64,000 nt of DNA, taken from assembly GCA_965215885.1 (NCBI GenBank), contig CBDCEW010000103.1, forward strand, positions 1 through 64,000, written 5' to 3'. The position numbers and the translations under genes are program-made. Under the pieces are notes generated by a model. The model was given only the letters and a program-made list of their open reading frames with translations, made no database searches and was not told the origin of the DNA. Position 1 is the stretch's first letter; each line of letters opens with the position of its first letter. Positions 41,177 to 51,751 of this stretch are shown here, piece after piece. This stretch comes from Candidatus Moanibacter sp. GTDB lineage: Bacteria > Verrucomicrobiota > Verrucomicrobiia > Opitutales > UBA2987.

Positions 41177-42540
41177 TTCGGTACGAGCACCAGCGTATGC
41201 GCTCCCCGCTTTACGGAAATTGAGTAGCCGGAAGGTTCCAAACCCGGAGGATTTGTTCCTAACACTCTCCAGAATTCAATTGCGCCACGGCTGTTTCGCG
41301 GATCAAATCGCTCGTAAATCACCACGGCCAGTGATTCACCCGTGGGATCGAATACAAGCGACTCCGGCAATATACCCTGCAATCGAAAATCCGCAAGCCG
41401 GAGAATTTCACCTGACAGCGGATCGAAATTGAATAGACTCATTGATGAATACTGCGTTAGACGGGGATCATCCCAAGGCAAAAAACTGCGAACCAGATTC
41501 GCCGTTGCCACCAGTCGCCCATCCGGACTCACTGCAATCCCCTCCGGACTTATCCCGCTCTCCGCCTTGGAAACCACCCTATGCTCCAATCTGTCATCTC
41601 CTTCTTCGCTTTCGAATCTTATGACGGATAACTCTCCGGGCGGTGGGTCAATGTAAAATCCCGGCACGTCCTCGCCCCATTGATCATCTGTTGTTATGAA
41701 ATGTCGGCCATCAGGTGTCCATACCCCGCTGTAGGGAAAGCGTCCCACCTTGACTTGCTCGCCCCAGGGCTCGATTTCCGGCTTTTCCGTTTCTCGAGCT
41801 CCTATCAAAGCGTAGAATGCAACCGCATCTGACATCGTAAGCGTAATTGCGAAGAACCGTCCCGATGGATGCCACTGTATATTACCGGTCTGCGCTGACT
41901 CATCCTCGACTCCCCTGAGCGCATAGCGTCCGAAAAAACCGAATTCTCCATTCTCGACTCCGATCAGGCCAATCTGTTCTTTCGGCTGATCCGAACACAC
42001 GGCGAGCAGATGACCGCGTGGATGCACATCAACCGTATGGTATCCGGGACCCAGTTCGAGCTCATCGATCTTCTTTGGATTCATCGGGTCTGAAATGTCC
42101 ACGGACCGGAGGACGCTTATCCGAGGAAAATCATCGAATACGTTTGCTACCGATTCCACCCCCTCGGGGGCCTCTCCGAATGTCTCGAGGACATAGGCAA
42201 CTCCGCCATCGGGCGATACCGCCAGGGCGAAGGGCGAACCGATCACGGAATTCGGTAGATCCAGCTCACTCATCTCGACATCCCGATCTGGAGTACCGCT
42301 AATCGTCAAAGGCAGCTTTATTACGGTGAGGGTGTCTTTCTCCTCACCATGGCAGGAGCCCACGATCAGTTTGCCGTCAACGTAAGCACTGGCCGGCATG
42401 TCGGCATCTGAAATCGCAAGAAGGAGTCGCCCCTCGAATAGTGTAGAGCCGGATCGGGAAATTTCATTATCGACATCGGCTGCCGCAACACAGCAGAAAA
42501 TCAACGACAACACAATCAGGCTGTTTCCGGGTCTCGGCAT
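41173..42540 (-). CDS. Secreted beta-propeller (lactonase-like) protein
   Basis: Signal peptide; repeated SPDG/HPSG/TPDG/FDPTG blade motifs. Confidence 0.7.
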   Translation of the reverse strand: MPRPGNSLIVLSLIFCCVAAADVDNEISRSGSTLFEGRLLLAISDADMPASAYVDGKLIVGSCHGEEKDTLTVIKLPLTISGTPDRDVEMSELDLPNSVIGSPFALAVSPDGGVAYVLETFGEAPEGVESVANVFDDFPRISVLRSVDISDPMNPKKIDELELGPGYHTVDVHPRGHLLAVCSDQPKEQIGLIGVENGEFGFFGRYALRGVEDESAQTGNIQWHPSGRFFAITLTMSDAVAFYALIGARETEKPEIEPWGEQVKVGRFPYSGVWTPDGRHFITTDDQWGEDVPGFYIDPPPGELSVIRFESEEGDDRLEHRVVSKAESGISPEGIAVSPDGRLVATANLVRSFLPWDDPRLTQYSSMSLFNFDPLSGEILRLADFRLQGILPESLVFDPTGESLAVVIYERFDPRNSRGAIEFWRVLGTNPPGLEPSGYSISVKRGAHTLVLVPN

Positions 42541-43628
42541 ACCATTTGAAAGACGCCTTCCATTATTTCCACTGAAATTTTCCATTCGTATTTTGCCATC
42601 ACATGCCTGCGGCCTCCACTCCCCATTTCCACCCTCAGTGCGTCATCGTCGATCAATCTTGAGAGCGCACCGGCCACAGCTTTGGGACTTTCCCTCTCGA
42701 CGATAATGCCCGTGTCACCATCCACCACTACTTCCGGCAAGCCTCCTACATCCGCTACCACAACCGGCACACCACAGGCCGAGGCCTCCAACACAGCGAC
42801 CCCAAAGCTCTCACTTTCCAGGCGGCTCGCTGCCACATAAATGTCTAACCGATTCAGATACTGAGGCACCTCGCTGTGAACGACCTGACCTGTAAACTCA
42901 CAGATTCCTCCAATTCCCAAATCCGATGCGAGTTGCTCGAGCTTCCCGCGATCCGGACCCCCTCCCACAATCAGCAAACGCAATCTCCCGGCTCTCTCCG
43001 AATCCTCTTTCAAGATACTCCGATATACTTTCTCAAACGCGCGTATCAGGATGTCGACTCCATACTTGTAGGCCAGAGTTTTGACCGTTCCGATGGTCAA
43101 TGACCCCGTGTCCTTCCCATCCTGCCGAGATGCGAAAGCCCCGGTATCGACCCCGAATGGAGTAACAGTTATAGATTCAATTCGTGGGTCGATTTTTCGA
43201 GTCTGTTTCGCCATCACTTTGCTCGTCGAGCAAATGTGATCCGCAAATCGCAAATTTCTGATTAACAAATAACGGTGTAGAGGAGACTTCAGTGGAAAGT
43301 CATACACATCGCTGCCCCACACTGAAAGAATTGTAGGGTGAAAGCCGCCTAAGCGACCTAACGTTCCGTAGCCGCTCGCATAATGAACGTTGAGTAGGTC
43401 CGGCTTTACTCTCCCGAGGATTTTCCGAAGAGAGGCGCCATTCAACCAATAGCCCACTTTTCCGCTTACCGGAAGCTTATGCATGTGCACTCGACTCACA
43501 ATGGTATCATCAATCCTGTGGAGGGAAATCAGGTGCACATCATGACCATTCTCACTCAAAGCGTTAACCCAGCGAACCGTATGAATGATGTTTCCGGCGG
43601 CTAAGATTGCGATTCTCATTCCGGCCAA
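42516..43628 (-). CDS. Glycosyltransferase family 4
   Basis: WGSDV, ESFGVAVLEA, VGGLPEVV. Confidence 0.9.
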   Translation of the reverse strand: MAGMRIAILAAGNIIHTVRWVNALSENGHDVHLISLHRIDDTIVSRVHMHKLPVSGKVGYWLNGASLRKILGRVKPDLLNVHYASGYGTLGRLGGFHPTILSVWGSDVYDFPLKSPLHRYLLIRNLRFADHICSTSKVMAKQTRKIDPRIESITVTPFGVDTGAFASRQDGKDTGSLTIGTVKTLAYKYGVDILIRAFEKVYRSILKEDSERAGRLRLLIVGGGPDRGKLEQLASDLGIGGICEFTGQVVHSEVPQYLNRLDIYVAASRLESESFGVAVLEASACGVPVVVADVGGLPEVVVDGDTGIIVERESPKAVAGALSRLIDDDALRVEMGSGGRRHVMAKYEWKISVEIMEGVFQMVCRDPETA

Positions 43629-43647
43629 CGCTACGAAACGGGCAACC

Positions 43648-44817
43648 CTATCGTCTTTCTTTCGACAGTTCGCTCATTACTTTTGAAACCTGTTCTGCTC
43701 TTGCCGCCCAGCTGTGTTTCTCCCGTCGCACACGCACGCGCTCCCTTTTCTGCCTCAAGAGGTCACGGTCCAGTCTTAGTCTCTCAATCAGATTCCGCAA
43801 TTCTCTCTTATCCGCTACCACCCAGCCAATGTCCTCTTCAGCGACGAACCGGGCCGCCTCTGTCCCTTCAATGGTAATCACAGGGACTCCGTGCCCCATC
43901 GTCTCGAACAGTTTTACCGGCATAGCAAACGACAAGTAGGCGTAAGGCCGCCAGAAGAGAAGAAAGACATCCGCCTTTAAATAGAAATCACTCAGCTCCT
44001 TTTCTCCAAGATGCACCACATGCACATTCTCGCTCCCATCCCGCAGATAACGCGATCTTACAATCTCCCACTCATCGCGCCGGCAACACAAATTCAGGTT
44101 GACCTTATCGAGGCTCTGAACGACCTCGAACATCTCGGACAAATCATAAAGCGGAGGTATAACTCCCCCCACATAACAGAGGTTGAGCGATTCGTTATTG
44201 CGATCGCTATCCGTCTCATCATTTACGATAACATTGCATCCCGGAGGCAGTGCGCCGAGACTCTCCGGGGGCCATGGGAAAGGAAGAGCCTTTGCCATCG
44301 CCAGGGACGGCAGGAAAAGGTGATCGACGATCTTTCGATACCAGCACCAATCATAATAATAGAAAGTATTGGCGACGAGTCGCTTATACCGGTTTACCTT
44401 GCTGCGATAATGCGGGAAGCGCCAGTGAATATCGCGATAGTAGAGCGCTATCGGGATCCCTTTCTGTTTTAGGAAGCGGATAAATCCGAAATCGAGGAAC
44501 GGATGAAGCGGGAGATGATGTCGCTCCGTCAACACGGTAGGCATTGTCGAAGACTCGGCGTAGACAAATGCAAACCGCTCGCCCCTTCTAACCGCCTGCC
44601 TCAATCTCTGAATTTCGGCCTTTCGTTGAGCGGCGGCGCCAAACACTCCCTCAACGCGAAAACCCACGTTTTCAAAAGCGCAAACCATCCGACAGGGCCG
44701 TACTTCACTGCCTGAAGAGCCGTTCTCGATCAGCGGACGCGGGTGGTGAAAGACAATCCGCTGCTCATTCATCCCAGCAGACTCGATGCCTTTACGCGCA
44801 AAAGCCCGCGCTTTCAC
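43648..44817 (-). CDS. GT-B glycosyltransferase
   Basis: YVGGV, MPVKLFETMGHGVP. Confidence 0.8.
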   Translation of the reverse strand: MKARAFARKGIESAGMNEQRIVFHHPRPLIENGSSGSEVRPCRMVCAFENVGFRVEGVFGAAAQRKAEIQRLRQAVRRGERFAFVYAESSTMPTVLTERHHLPLHPFLDFGFIRFLKQKGIPIALYYRDIHWRFPHYRSKVNRYKRLVANTFYYYDWCWYRKIVDHLFLPSLAMAKALPFPWPPESLGALPPGCNVIVNDETDSDRNNESLNLCYVGGVIPPLYDLSEMFEVVQSLDKVNLNLCCRRDEWEIVRSRYLRDGSENVHVVHLGEKELSDFYLKADVFLLFWRPYAYLSFAMPVKLFETMGHGVPVITIEGTEAARFVAEEDIGWVVADKRELRNLIERLRLDRDLLRQKRERVRVRREKHSWAARAEQVSKVMSELSKERR

Positions 44818-45041
44818 AGGAGCCTTTCAATTTGTCTGACCTTGGAAGGGGCCGCCGAAACGACCAACGCATTGAGTCGCTCGTATACCCTCACCCACTC
44901 GCCGGCGGCGCTGTCCAGCAGCGATACCACGATCGGCTCCACCTCGCGCGCCCTCGCGTAATCAAGTATAGACACGTGCGTTTCCCTCGGTTCCGAAAGG
45001 AAGACAATGCCGACCGGAAAAATGGCAGCCTTTTTTACCAA
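44814..45041 (-). CDS. Small hypothetical protein with weak resemblance to a NolW/secretin N-domain
   Basis: ERLNALVVSAAPSKVRQIERLL; stop overlaps the next start. Confidence 0.3.
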   Translation of the reverse strand: MVKKAAIFPVGIVFLSEPRETHVSILDYARAREVEPIVVSLLDSAAGEWVRVYERLNALVVSAAPSKVRQIERLL

Positions 45042-45184
45042 AGATTTCGTCCGTCAGTTTGCTATTGTTCTCATTCTCTTTCCGCAATGTCGAACAATTG
45101 CTAAAGGTGTCCTTATCTGATTAGTCACTTACCGGTGGAAGTAGACGCCTGCCAGGTCTCTGGTTTCCCCGCTTCAGATTGGAA

Positions 45185-46267
45185 TCATCTTCGCTCGATT
45201 CGATTTTCGGGCTGGATTTTCAGCGAATCGATAATACAGTCGGTCGCCTCGACGGTGCTGAGTCTGCCGCCCACGTCGGGAGTTGAATGACCTTCCGCCA
45301 GATTGCTTTTGACGGCGTCACGAATCGAATCTGCCGGCGTCTTCAAATCAAGCCATTCCAACATCATAGCCGCGCTGAGAATCGCCCCGATCGGATTGGC
45401 GATGCCTTTCCCCGCGATATCTGGAGCGGAACCGTGCACCGGTTCAAAGAGGGAAGGAAACCGGCGGTCGGGATTCAGGTTAGCCGAAGGGTTGAGCCCC
45501 AGGCTGCCCGTAATGGCGCCGGAGAGATCCGTAAGAATATCCCCAAACAGGTTGGAAGCGACCACCACATCGAATTTCTCCGGCTGCCGCACGAAATTCA
45601 TGGCGGCGGCATCAATGTGCTGGCGGTCAACCTCCACATCAGAATATTCACAACCTACTTCCTCCAGGATCTCATCCCAGAGGACGAAAGCGTAGCCTTG
45701 AGCGTTAGATTTGGTGATCATGGTCAGGCGCTTACGTCGAGTGAGTGCCAGCTCGAACCCGTAGCGCAAGATTCGTTCAATTCCCCTGCGGGTATGTACC
45801 GCCGTCTGCAGGGCTACTTCCTCGGGGGATCCCCGGTGAAATCGCCCTCCATTATTGACGTATTCACCTTCCGAATTCTCCCTTACGACAACCAGGTCGA
45901 TTTCCCCTGCATTGGCAAGGGGAGCAGGCACGCCCGCATAGGTCCTGGCAGGCCGCACGCAAGCATAGAGATCGAAAGCCTGTCGTAACCGTATCAGCGG
46001 TGCCAAAGTTATGTGATCCGGAAGCCGGTCCGGATAACCGACCGCGCCCAGGAAGAGGGCATCGAAGGGGTTGAGAACTTCGAGAAAGTCTTCCTGAGCG
46101 ACAATTCCGTGCTTCGCGTAGTACTCCACTCCCCAGTCGAAACGCGTAAACTCGATTTGGTATGCCTCAGCTCCCTTCTGAACCGCTTCTAAGACGCCGA
46201 CTACCGAATCGGTCACCTCTGCCCCGATTCCGTCACCCGGATAAAGTGCGATCTTGTATTCCTTCAT
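45185..46267 (-). CDS. Tartrate/D-malate dehydrogenase-like beta-decarboxylating dehydrogenase
   Basis: PGDGIG, RENSEGEY, TKSNA, NLFGDILTD, EPVHGSAPDIAG. Confidence 0.88.
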   Translation of the reverse strand: MKEYKIALYPGDGIGAEVTDSVVGVLEAVQKGAEAYQIEFTRFDWGVEYYAKHGIVAQEDFLEVLNPFDALFLGAVGYPDRLPDHITLAPLIRLRQAFDLYACVRPARTYAGVPAPLANAGEIDLVVVRENSEGEYVNNGGRFHRGSPEEVALQTAVHTRRGIERILRYGFELALTRRKRLTMITKSNAQGYAFVLWDEILEEVGCEYSDVEVDRQHIDAAAMNFVRQPEKFDVVVASNLFGDILTDLSGAITGSLGLNPSANLNPDRRFPSLFEPVHGSAPDIAGKGIANPIGAILSAAMMLEWLDLKTPADSIRDAVKSNLAEGHSTPDVGGRLSTVEATDCIIDSLKIQPENRIERR

Positions 46268-46489
46268 TGATTATCCACGTGGAGTTCTAGCGCCATACCC
46301 GTTCGCCTGTTTCAGGTCTGGATAAATTGTGGCCTTCAGGTTTGTCGTGTCAATGTGGCTCATCGCAAAAGCTTGTGCATTCAATTTCGGGCCAAAAAAG
46401 GGTGTTGCCCAAACAAATATGGAAGCCCGCCCTGGCGAACGGCAGGTTCAAGCGTCGGATTGCGGAGGCGTCCACTATCGGTAGACGTT

Positions 46490-46516
46490 TGTTCGTATTT
46501 CGCCGAAATACGAACA
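46490..46516. promoter_or_regulatory. Perfect 12-bp inverted repeat between divergent genes
   Basis: TGTTCGTATTTC-GCC-GAAATACGAACA. Confidence 0.5.
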
Positions 46517-46720
46517 TAGAACATTAGAGAGCGAGTATATGACAAACTCATCGCTCGCTACCCGGGTCTGCCGACCGGCCGGGTAGTTCCAGATTCTGAG
46601 TGCACCGGCTTTGCCGGATTATCCAGGGCAAAACAGTAGAGGGGCCATTGACCTGACAGAACTATTCCTCTAATTTTCCTTTTTTATCGCTCAACACAGG
46701 TAACCAACAGGAGGCATTTT

Positions 46721-48130
46721 ATGAAGATGTACATTGCAGGAAAATGGATCGATCGGGACGAAAAGATCGAAGTAGTTCACCCTTTTGACGGTTCCGTAAT
46801 CGACACCGTACCGCAAGCCTCCCCTGGGGATATCGAAGAGGCCATTGCCGCTGCCGAGCGAGGCGCACTCGCAATGGAGGCAATGACTGCTTATGAGCGC
46901 TATGAAATTCTAATCCGGGCGGCGGCAATCATGAAGGAGCGCATCGATGAACTGGGGCGCACGATTACGCTGGAAGAGGGCAAAGTGCTCCCGGAAGGGC
47001 TGCTCGAAGCAAGCCGCGCCGCAGAGACGATCACTCTCTCCGCGGAAGAGGCCAAGCGCGTCTACGGGGAAGTCATTCCACTTGATGGCGCCGCTGGGGG
47101 TGCGGGTAAGTTTGGATTTACCCTGCGCGTGCCGTGTGGCGTTGTCCTCGCCATTACCCCCTTCAATTTTCCATTGAACCTGGTCTGCCATAAGATCGGC
47201 CCGGCTCTTGCGACCGGTAATGCGGTCATCGTCAAGCCGGCCTCCGACACTCCTTTGTCCGCACTGAAGATTACCGAGATTATGCTCGAGGCCGGTCTGC
47301 CGCCGGAAGCGATACAATGTGTCACCGGCTCGGGCGCATCCATTGGAAATCTGCTCTGCGAGGACAAACGGGTCCGCAAAATCACTTTCACCGGCAGCCG
47401 CGACGTCGGCGAGCAGATTTGCCACATGGCCGGCATCAAACGCGTCACAATGGAATTGGGATCGAACGCTCCCCTTATCGTTATGTCCGACGCGGATCTC
47501 GAAAAGGTGGCCGCAACCACGGCCATGACCGGGTACGCCAATGCCGGTCAGGTCTGTATCTCCACGCAAAGAGTACTTGTGGATTCTCAGACCTGCGACG
47601 ATTTCATCGACCTTCTGAAACCCAAAGTCGAAGCCCTCACGACCGGAAATCCGCTCGAAGAGGGAATAGCCGTGGGGCCTATGGTTCGCGAAGCGGATGC
47701 TCTCCGCGTCAATGAATGGATACATGAAGCCGTCGGTGCCGGAGCAAAGCTCATTACGGGTGGCGAGCGCGAGGGCGCCATCCACTCGCCTACCATTCTT
47801 GCTGACGTCAAACCTGAGATGAGGATCTCCTGCGATGAAGTATTTGGACCGGCTGTGTGCCTGACCCGATTTGATAACATTGATGAAGCAATCGCCCTCG
47901 CCAACGACACGAATTACGGACTGAGCGCGGGCATTTTTACGGAAAACATTAACTGGGCCATGCAGTTTGCGCAGCGCGTGCAATCGGGCAATCTCCACAT
48001 CAACTGGGGACCTATGTGGCGCGCCGACCTCATGCCCTATGGCGGATTAAAAGAGAGCGGCCTCGGAAAGGAAGGTCCCCGCTACGCCGTTGAGGAGATG
48101 ACCGAGACGAAAATGGTGGTGTTCCACTAG
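46721..48130 (+). CDS. Aldehyde dehydrogenase
   Basis: PFNFP, FTGS, MELGSN, GQVC, EVFGP; SD AGGAGG. Confidence 0.93.
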   Translation: MKMYIAGKWIDRDEKIEVVHPFDGSVIDTVPQASPGDIEEAIAAAERGALAMEAMTAYERYEILIRAAAIMKERIDELGRTITLEEGKVLPEGLLEASRAAETITLSAEEAKRVYGEVIPLDGAAGGAGKFGFTLRVPCGVVLAITPFNFPLNLVCHKIGPALATGNAVIVKPASDTPLSALKITEIMLEAGLPPEAIQCVTGSGASIGNLLCEDKRVRKITFTGSRDVGEQICHMAGIKRVTMELGSNAPLIVMSDADLEKVAATTAMTGYANAGQVCISTQRVLVDSQTCDDFIDLLKPKVEALTTGNPLEEGIAVGPMVREADALRVNEWIHEAVGAGAKLITGGEREGAIHSPTILADVKPEMRISCDEVFGPAVCLTRFDNIDEAIALANDTNYGLSAGIFTENINWAMQFAQRVQSGNLHINWGPMWRADLMPYGGLKESGLGKEGPRYAVEEMTETKMVVFH

Positions 48131-48132
48131 CC

Positions 48133-48654
48133 TCATTGCACCTCGACTTCCGCCTGTGCCAGATTTGCGAGCGCATCGCCGGTTAGGCGTTGGACCGTCC
48201 AATCGTCCATAGATATCGCCCCAAGGCCCTTATAAAATCGAATCGCCGGTTCATTCCAATCCAAGACGGACCATTCGAAGCGTCCGCAATCTCTCTCCAC
48301 AGCGATCCGGGCTAAATGTATCAGCAGCGCCTTTCCGATCCCTTTACCTCTCTTCTCCGGCATGACGTAAAGATCCTCGAGATAGATGCCGGGCTTTCCG
48401 AGAAAAGTGGAGAAACTATGGAAATAGATGGCTATTCCGGACGGTTCATCACTGTAATAGGCAAGCAATACTTCGGCCACCCTATTCCTACCGAACAAGG
48501 TCAGGCGAAGTTGCTCTTCCGACGCCACAACTTCATCAAGTAGGTTTTCATACTCGGCCAGACCTTTAATGAACCTAAGGATTACCGGCAGATCACTCTC
48601 CGTGGCCACTTCGATGCGAAACTCGCTCAACCTGCTGTTTTTCTCAGTCATCAT
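48133..48654 (-). CDS. GNAT acetyltransferase (spermidine/diamine N-acetyltransferase-like)
   Basis: LEDLYV, RGKGIG, VLDWNEPAIRFY. Confidence 0.88.
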   Translation of the reverse strand: MMTEKNSRLSEFRIEVATESDLPVILRFIKGLAEYENLLDEVVASEEQLRLTLFGRNRVAEVLLAYYSDEPSGIAIYFHSFSTFLGKPGIYLEDLYVMPEKRGKGIGKALLIHLARIAVERDCGRFEWSVLDWNEPAIRFYKGLGAISMDDWTVQRLTGDALANLAQAEVEVQ

Positions 48655-48944
48655 AATAACGGTCGACCTCCTACTCAGCTAGCCCTCTTACTACAAGATC
48701 ATTGAACTTCAGCAAAGCTCGAATTTTGACAACCCTCTGAACGGGATCACGCTACACAACTACCAAATACCCCTTTCCCGAGAAGAAATCCTGCCGATCT
48801 CCAAATAAAAACTGAGAGTTCACGCAATACCGTCGGTAGCTCCCTCCTCCAACTATTACCCTCGCTTTTAAGAAACCTTTTTTCAAATTCATGCAGCAAT
48901 GCAATTGACTTTCCCTTAGAGTGTAATACATGAACATTCCCGGA

Positions 48945-50792
48945 ATGATAGTAACAGCAGCTTCCGTGCAAACCCCTACGATCGATAGAAGCTCGTTACG
49001 CAAGGAGACGGTCACCGAAGCTGTCATCCGACTTGCCGGCGAGTCTCAGGACGGTATCCAATCGATCGGTGGTTTCCTCGCTCGTCTCGCCGGGCGAAGC
49101 GATCAGGAGGTAATGACCTACATGACTATCCCTTCCACGATCGCGGGGGGTCCTTCGATTTTTCAGGTGCGCATCGGTTCCGGTCAGATCCTCTCCGCGG
49201 GCGACGCGGCCGATTTTCTGGTCGCGTTTTACCAACACAGCTACGATGAGCACATCGAGTTCCTTAAGGAAGGCGGCGTTTTGTTATACGACGTTGACAA
49301 CGTAACGCCAAAACTCAGCGACAAGCGGTTTGTCCAGGTCGGCGTGCCGATCTCAGGACTCACTATTGAAGCACTTGGGGGATCGGCAAAGAGCAAGGGG
49401 AAGAATATCTTTGTCCTGGGGCTCTTATCCCGGATTTTCGACCTCGATGTGGGCAAACTCAAAACGATCATGAAGGAGCGTTTCGGGGGTCGAGGGGAAG
49501 GAGTGCTGCGCAATGCTTACCTCGCCTTCGACGCCGGCTTCGCCTACCCGGTCGATAACGTCCTCGATCGCTATTACACCTTCGAGACAACCAAGCGCAA
49601 GGGAGGGAAACCTCAAGTCACGATGGATGGGAATCAGGCGCTTACTTACGGCCTGATCGCAGCCGGCGTCCGATTTGGCGCGGGCTATCCGATTACACCG
49701 TGGTCAAGCATAATGGAACTTCTGCGCTCCGAATTGCCCAAGTATGGCGGCACTTTTGTCCAGGCGGAAGACGAGTTGGCTGCCATATCGATGGCTCTCG
49801 GTTTCGCTTATTCCGGTCACCTCGCGGTCACGGGAAGCTCCGGGCCGGGTATTTCTTTGAAGATGGAAGCGCTTGGTTGGGCGGTTATGGCGGAAATTCC
49901 ACTTATCGTCGTCAACGTACAGCGCGGAGGCCCCAGCACCGGCCTGCCCACCAATGTCGAGCAGAGCGATCTTATGCAGGCGATATACGGAAGCCACGGT
50001 GACACTCCTCGCGTCGTTGTTGCTCCACGGCACGTCGAGGACTGCTTCTACATCGCCCTCGAGGCTGCAAAGATTGCCCGGAAATACAGCACTCCCGTCA
50101 TCATCTTGACGGACCAGGCACTGGCGACTCGAATTGAGGCTTTCGACGAACCCAACCTCGTCGAGGCGGTCGTCGATCCTACTCTCGATCTAAGCCCGCG
50201 CAAGGAAGGATTCGAACCTTACTCCCTCGAACGGATAACGCGACATGCCCCACCCGGGACGATAATTGAAGGAGGGAAATACCCTGTCGTTACCGGCTTG
50301 GAACACGATGAGTCGGGTAATCCCACAGCGAACCCGCAGCTGCACATGCGCATGACGGCAAAGAGGCGAAATAAGCTGAAGCAGCTGGCAAACGAGATTG
50401 GCCGGCCGGATGTTTACGGTGATCGAGAAGGGGATTTCCTCCTCGTAGGATGGGGTTCCACCTACGGACCTATTCGCGAAGCTGTCAACCGCGCCCGCGC
50501 CGCCGGCGATCGGATCGGTTGCATCCACATACATCACCTCCATCCTTTACCAAACGGTATCGAACGAATCTTCAGTCGCTACCGCCAGATTTTTGTTGTG
50601 GAAATGAATGACCAGGGTCTCTACGGATTCGGACAGCTCGCCGGCCTCCTGCGCGCATGCTTCTGCAATTCGAATATTCGCAGCATTACCAAAACGGACG
50701 GGCTCACTTTCAAAGTCAGAGAGATCCTTAGCGGGATCGAGCGCTTGCGCAGCGACGCAGTATCTTCGTTTTCTGCCTACCCATACGTCTAG
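48945..50792 (+). CDS. korA: 2-oxoacid:acceptor oxidoreductase alpha subunit
   Basis: YPITP, QAEDE, SSGPG, QRGGPSTGLPT. Confidence 0.9.
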   Translation: MIVTAASVQTPTIDRSSLRKETVTEAVIRLAGESQDGIQSIGGFLARLAGRSDQEVMTYMTIPSTIAGGPSIFQVRIGSGQILSAGDAADFLVAFYQHSYDEHIEFLKEGGVLLYDVDNVTPKLSDKRFVQVGVPISGLTIEALGGSAKSKGKNIFVLGLLSRIFDLDVGKLKTIMKERFGGRGEGVLRNAYLAFDAGFAYPVDNVLDRYYTFETTKRKGGKPQVTMDGNQALTYGLIAAGVRFGAGYPITPWSSIMELLRSELPKYGGTFVQAEDELAAISMALGFAYSGHLAVTGSSGPGISLKMEALGWAVMAEIPLIVVNVQRGGPSTGLPTNVEQSDLMQAIYGSHGDTPRVVVAPRHVEDCFYIALEAAKIARKYSTPVIILTDQALATRIEAFDEPNLVEAVVDPTLDLSPRKEGFEPYSLERITRHAPPGTIIEGGKYPVVTGLEHDESGNPTANPQLHMRMTAKRRNKLKQLANEIGRPDVYGDREGDFLLVGWGSTYGPIREAVNRARAAGDRIGCIHIHHLHPLPNGIERIFSRYRQIFVVEMNDQGLYGFGQLAGLLRACFCNSNIRSITKTDGLTFKVREILSGIERLRSDAVSSFSAYPYV

Positions 50793-50803
50793 TAAGGAAA
50801 TCG

Positions 50804-51751
50804 ATGGTAAATATAAATACTTCAAATAACTCCTCGGACGGACGGACGGATGGCTTACTAAGCAAAAAGGACCTCACCGCGGAAAAGCCCACCTGGTGTG
50901 CCGGATGCGGTGACTACGCCGTGCTAGCAGCCTTCTACCGCGTCCTCGAGCAACTCCAGCTCAAGCACGAGAAAATCGTTACGCTGGCGGGAATCGGATG
51001 CTCTTCAAGGTTTCCCTATTTCGTAAACACTCACGGAGGCCACTTTATCCACGGACGCGCTGTCCCCTTTGCCACGGGCGTAAGTCTATCCCGTTCCGAT
51101 TTGCATGTATTCGTATTCGGAGGGGACGGTGATGGCTTTTCAATGGGTGGAAATCACCTGGACCATGGAGCCCGAAAAAATGCAAACCTCACTTATGTCA
51201 TTATGGACAATTTCGTTTACGGGCTAACGAAAAAACAGACCTCTCCTACTTCGCCCGTCGGGTTTCAATCCAAAACCGATCCAAGTGGCTCCGTCGATCG
51301 ACCTATAAACCCGATGAAAAAGCTTGTCACAAGCGGCGCTTCTTTTATCGCGCGTACGCACGCCACCCAGGTGAAACATATGATGGAAATGTACCAGCGA
51401 GCGATCGCTCATGAAGGCTTTTCCGTCATTGAATGTCTCTCGGAATGCACGGAGTTTTACCCAGGGGCGTTTGATGCCGGCATACCACGCAAAGGCGGAG
51501 AGTTTACAGTCATCGAAGAGAAGAAACAGGACGACACGACGGATGACGAAAGACGCCACGATCCATCCGACGAGATGGCAGCCTATGCCCTTGCCGATCT
51601 GCCCTGGCCCGGAGTATTCGGGGTCTTTTATGAAACGAATCGCCCCACGAAAAACGACTTGGAGGCCGAACTGGTCAAGAAGTCGCGTCTGGAAACGGGC
51701 CGGGCCAGCGACATCGAGCTTTTGCGGAAGACTTTCGATCGATTAAAGTAA
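50804..51751 (+). CDS. korB: 2-oxoacid:acceptor oxidoreductase beta subunit
   Basis: WCAGCG, GIGCSS, GGDGDG TPP motif. Confidence 0.9.
   Translation: MVNINTSNNSSDGRTDGLLSKKDLTAEKPTWCAGCGDYAVLAAFYRVLEQLQLKHEKIVTLAGIGCSSRFPYFVNTHGGHFIHGRAVPFATGVSLSRSDLHVFVFGGDGDGFSMGGNHLDHGARKNANLTYVIMDNFVYGLTKKQTSPTSPVGFQSKTDPSGSVDRPINPMKKLVTSGASFIARTHATQVKHMMEMYQRAIAHEGFSVIECLSECTEFYPGAFDAGIPRKGGEFTVIEEKKQDDTTDDERRHDPSDEMAAYALADLPWPGVFGVFYETNRPTKNDLEAELVKKSRLETGRASDIELLRKTFDRLK

Noticed and set aside
46490..46523. Verrucomicrobial LexA box
   Set aside because: The reported motif is TGTTC-N4-GAACA; the spacing here is 17 nt
46910..47998. Long antisense ORFs (also 8641-9363, 29040-29852, 45287-45988, 54699-55493)
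   Set aside because: Shadows of well-supported genes on the opposite strand, with no recognisable motifs
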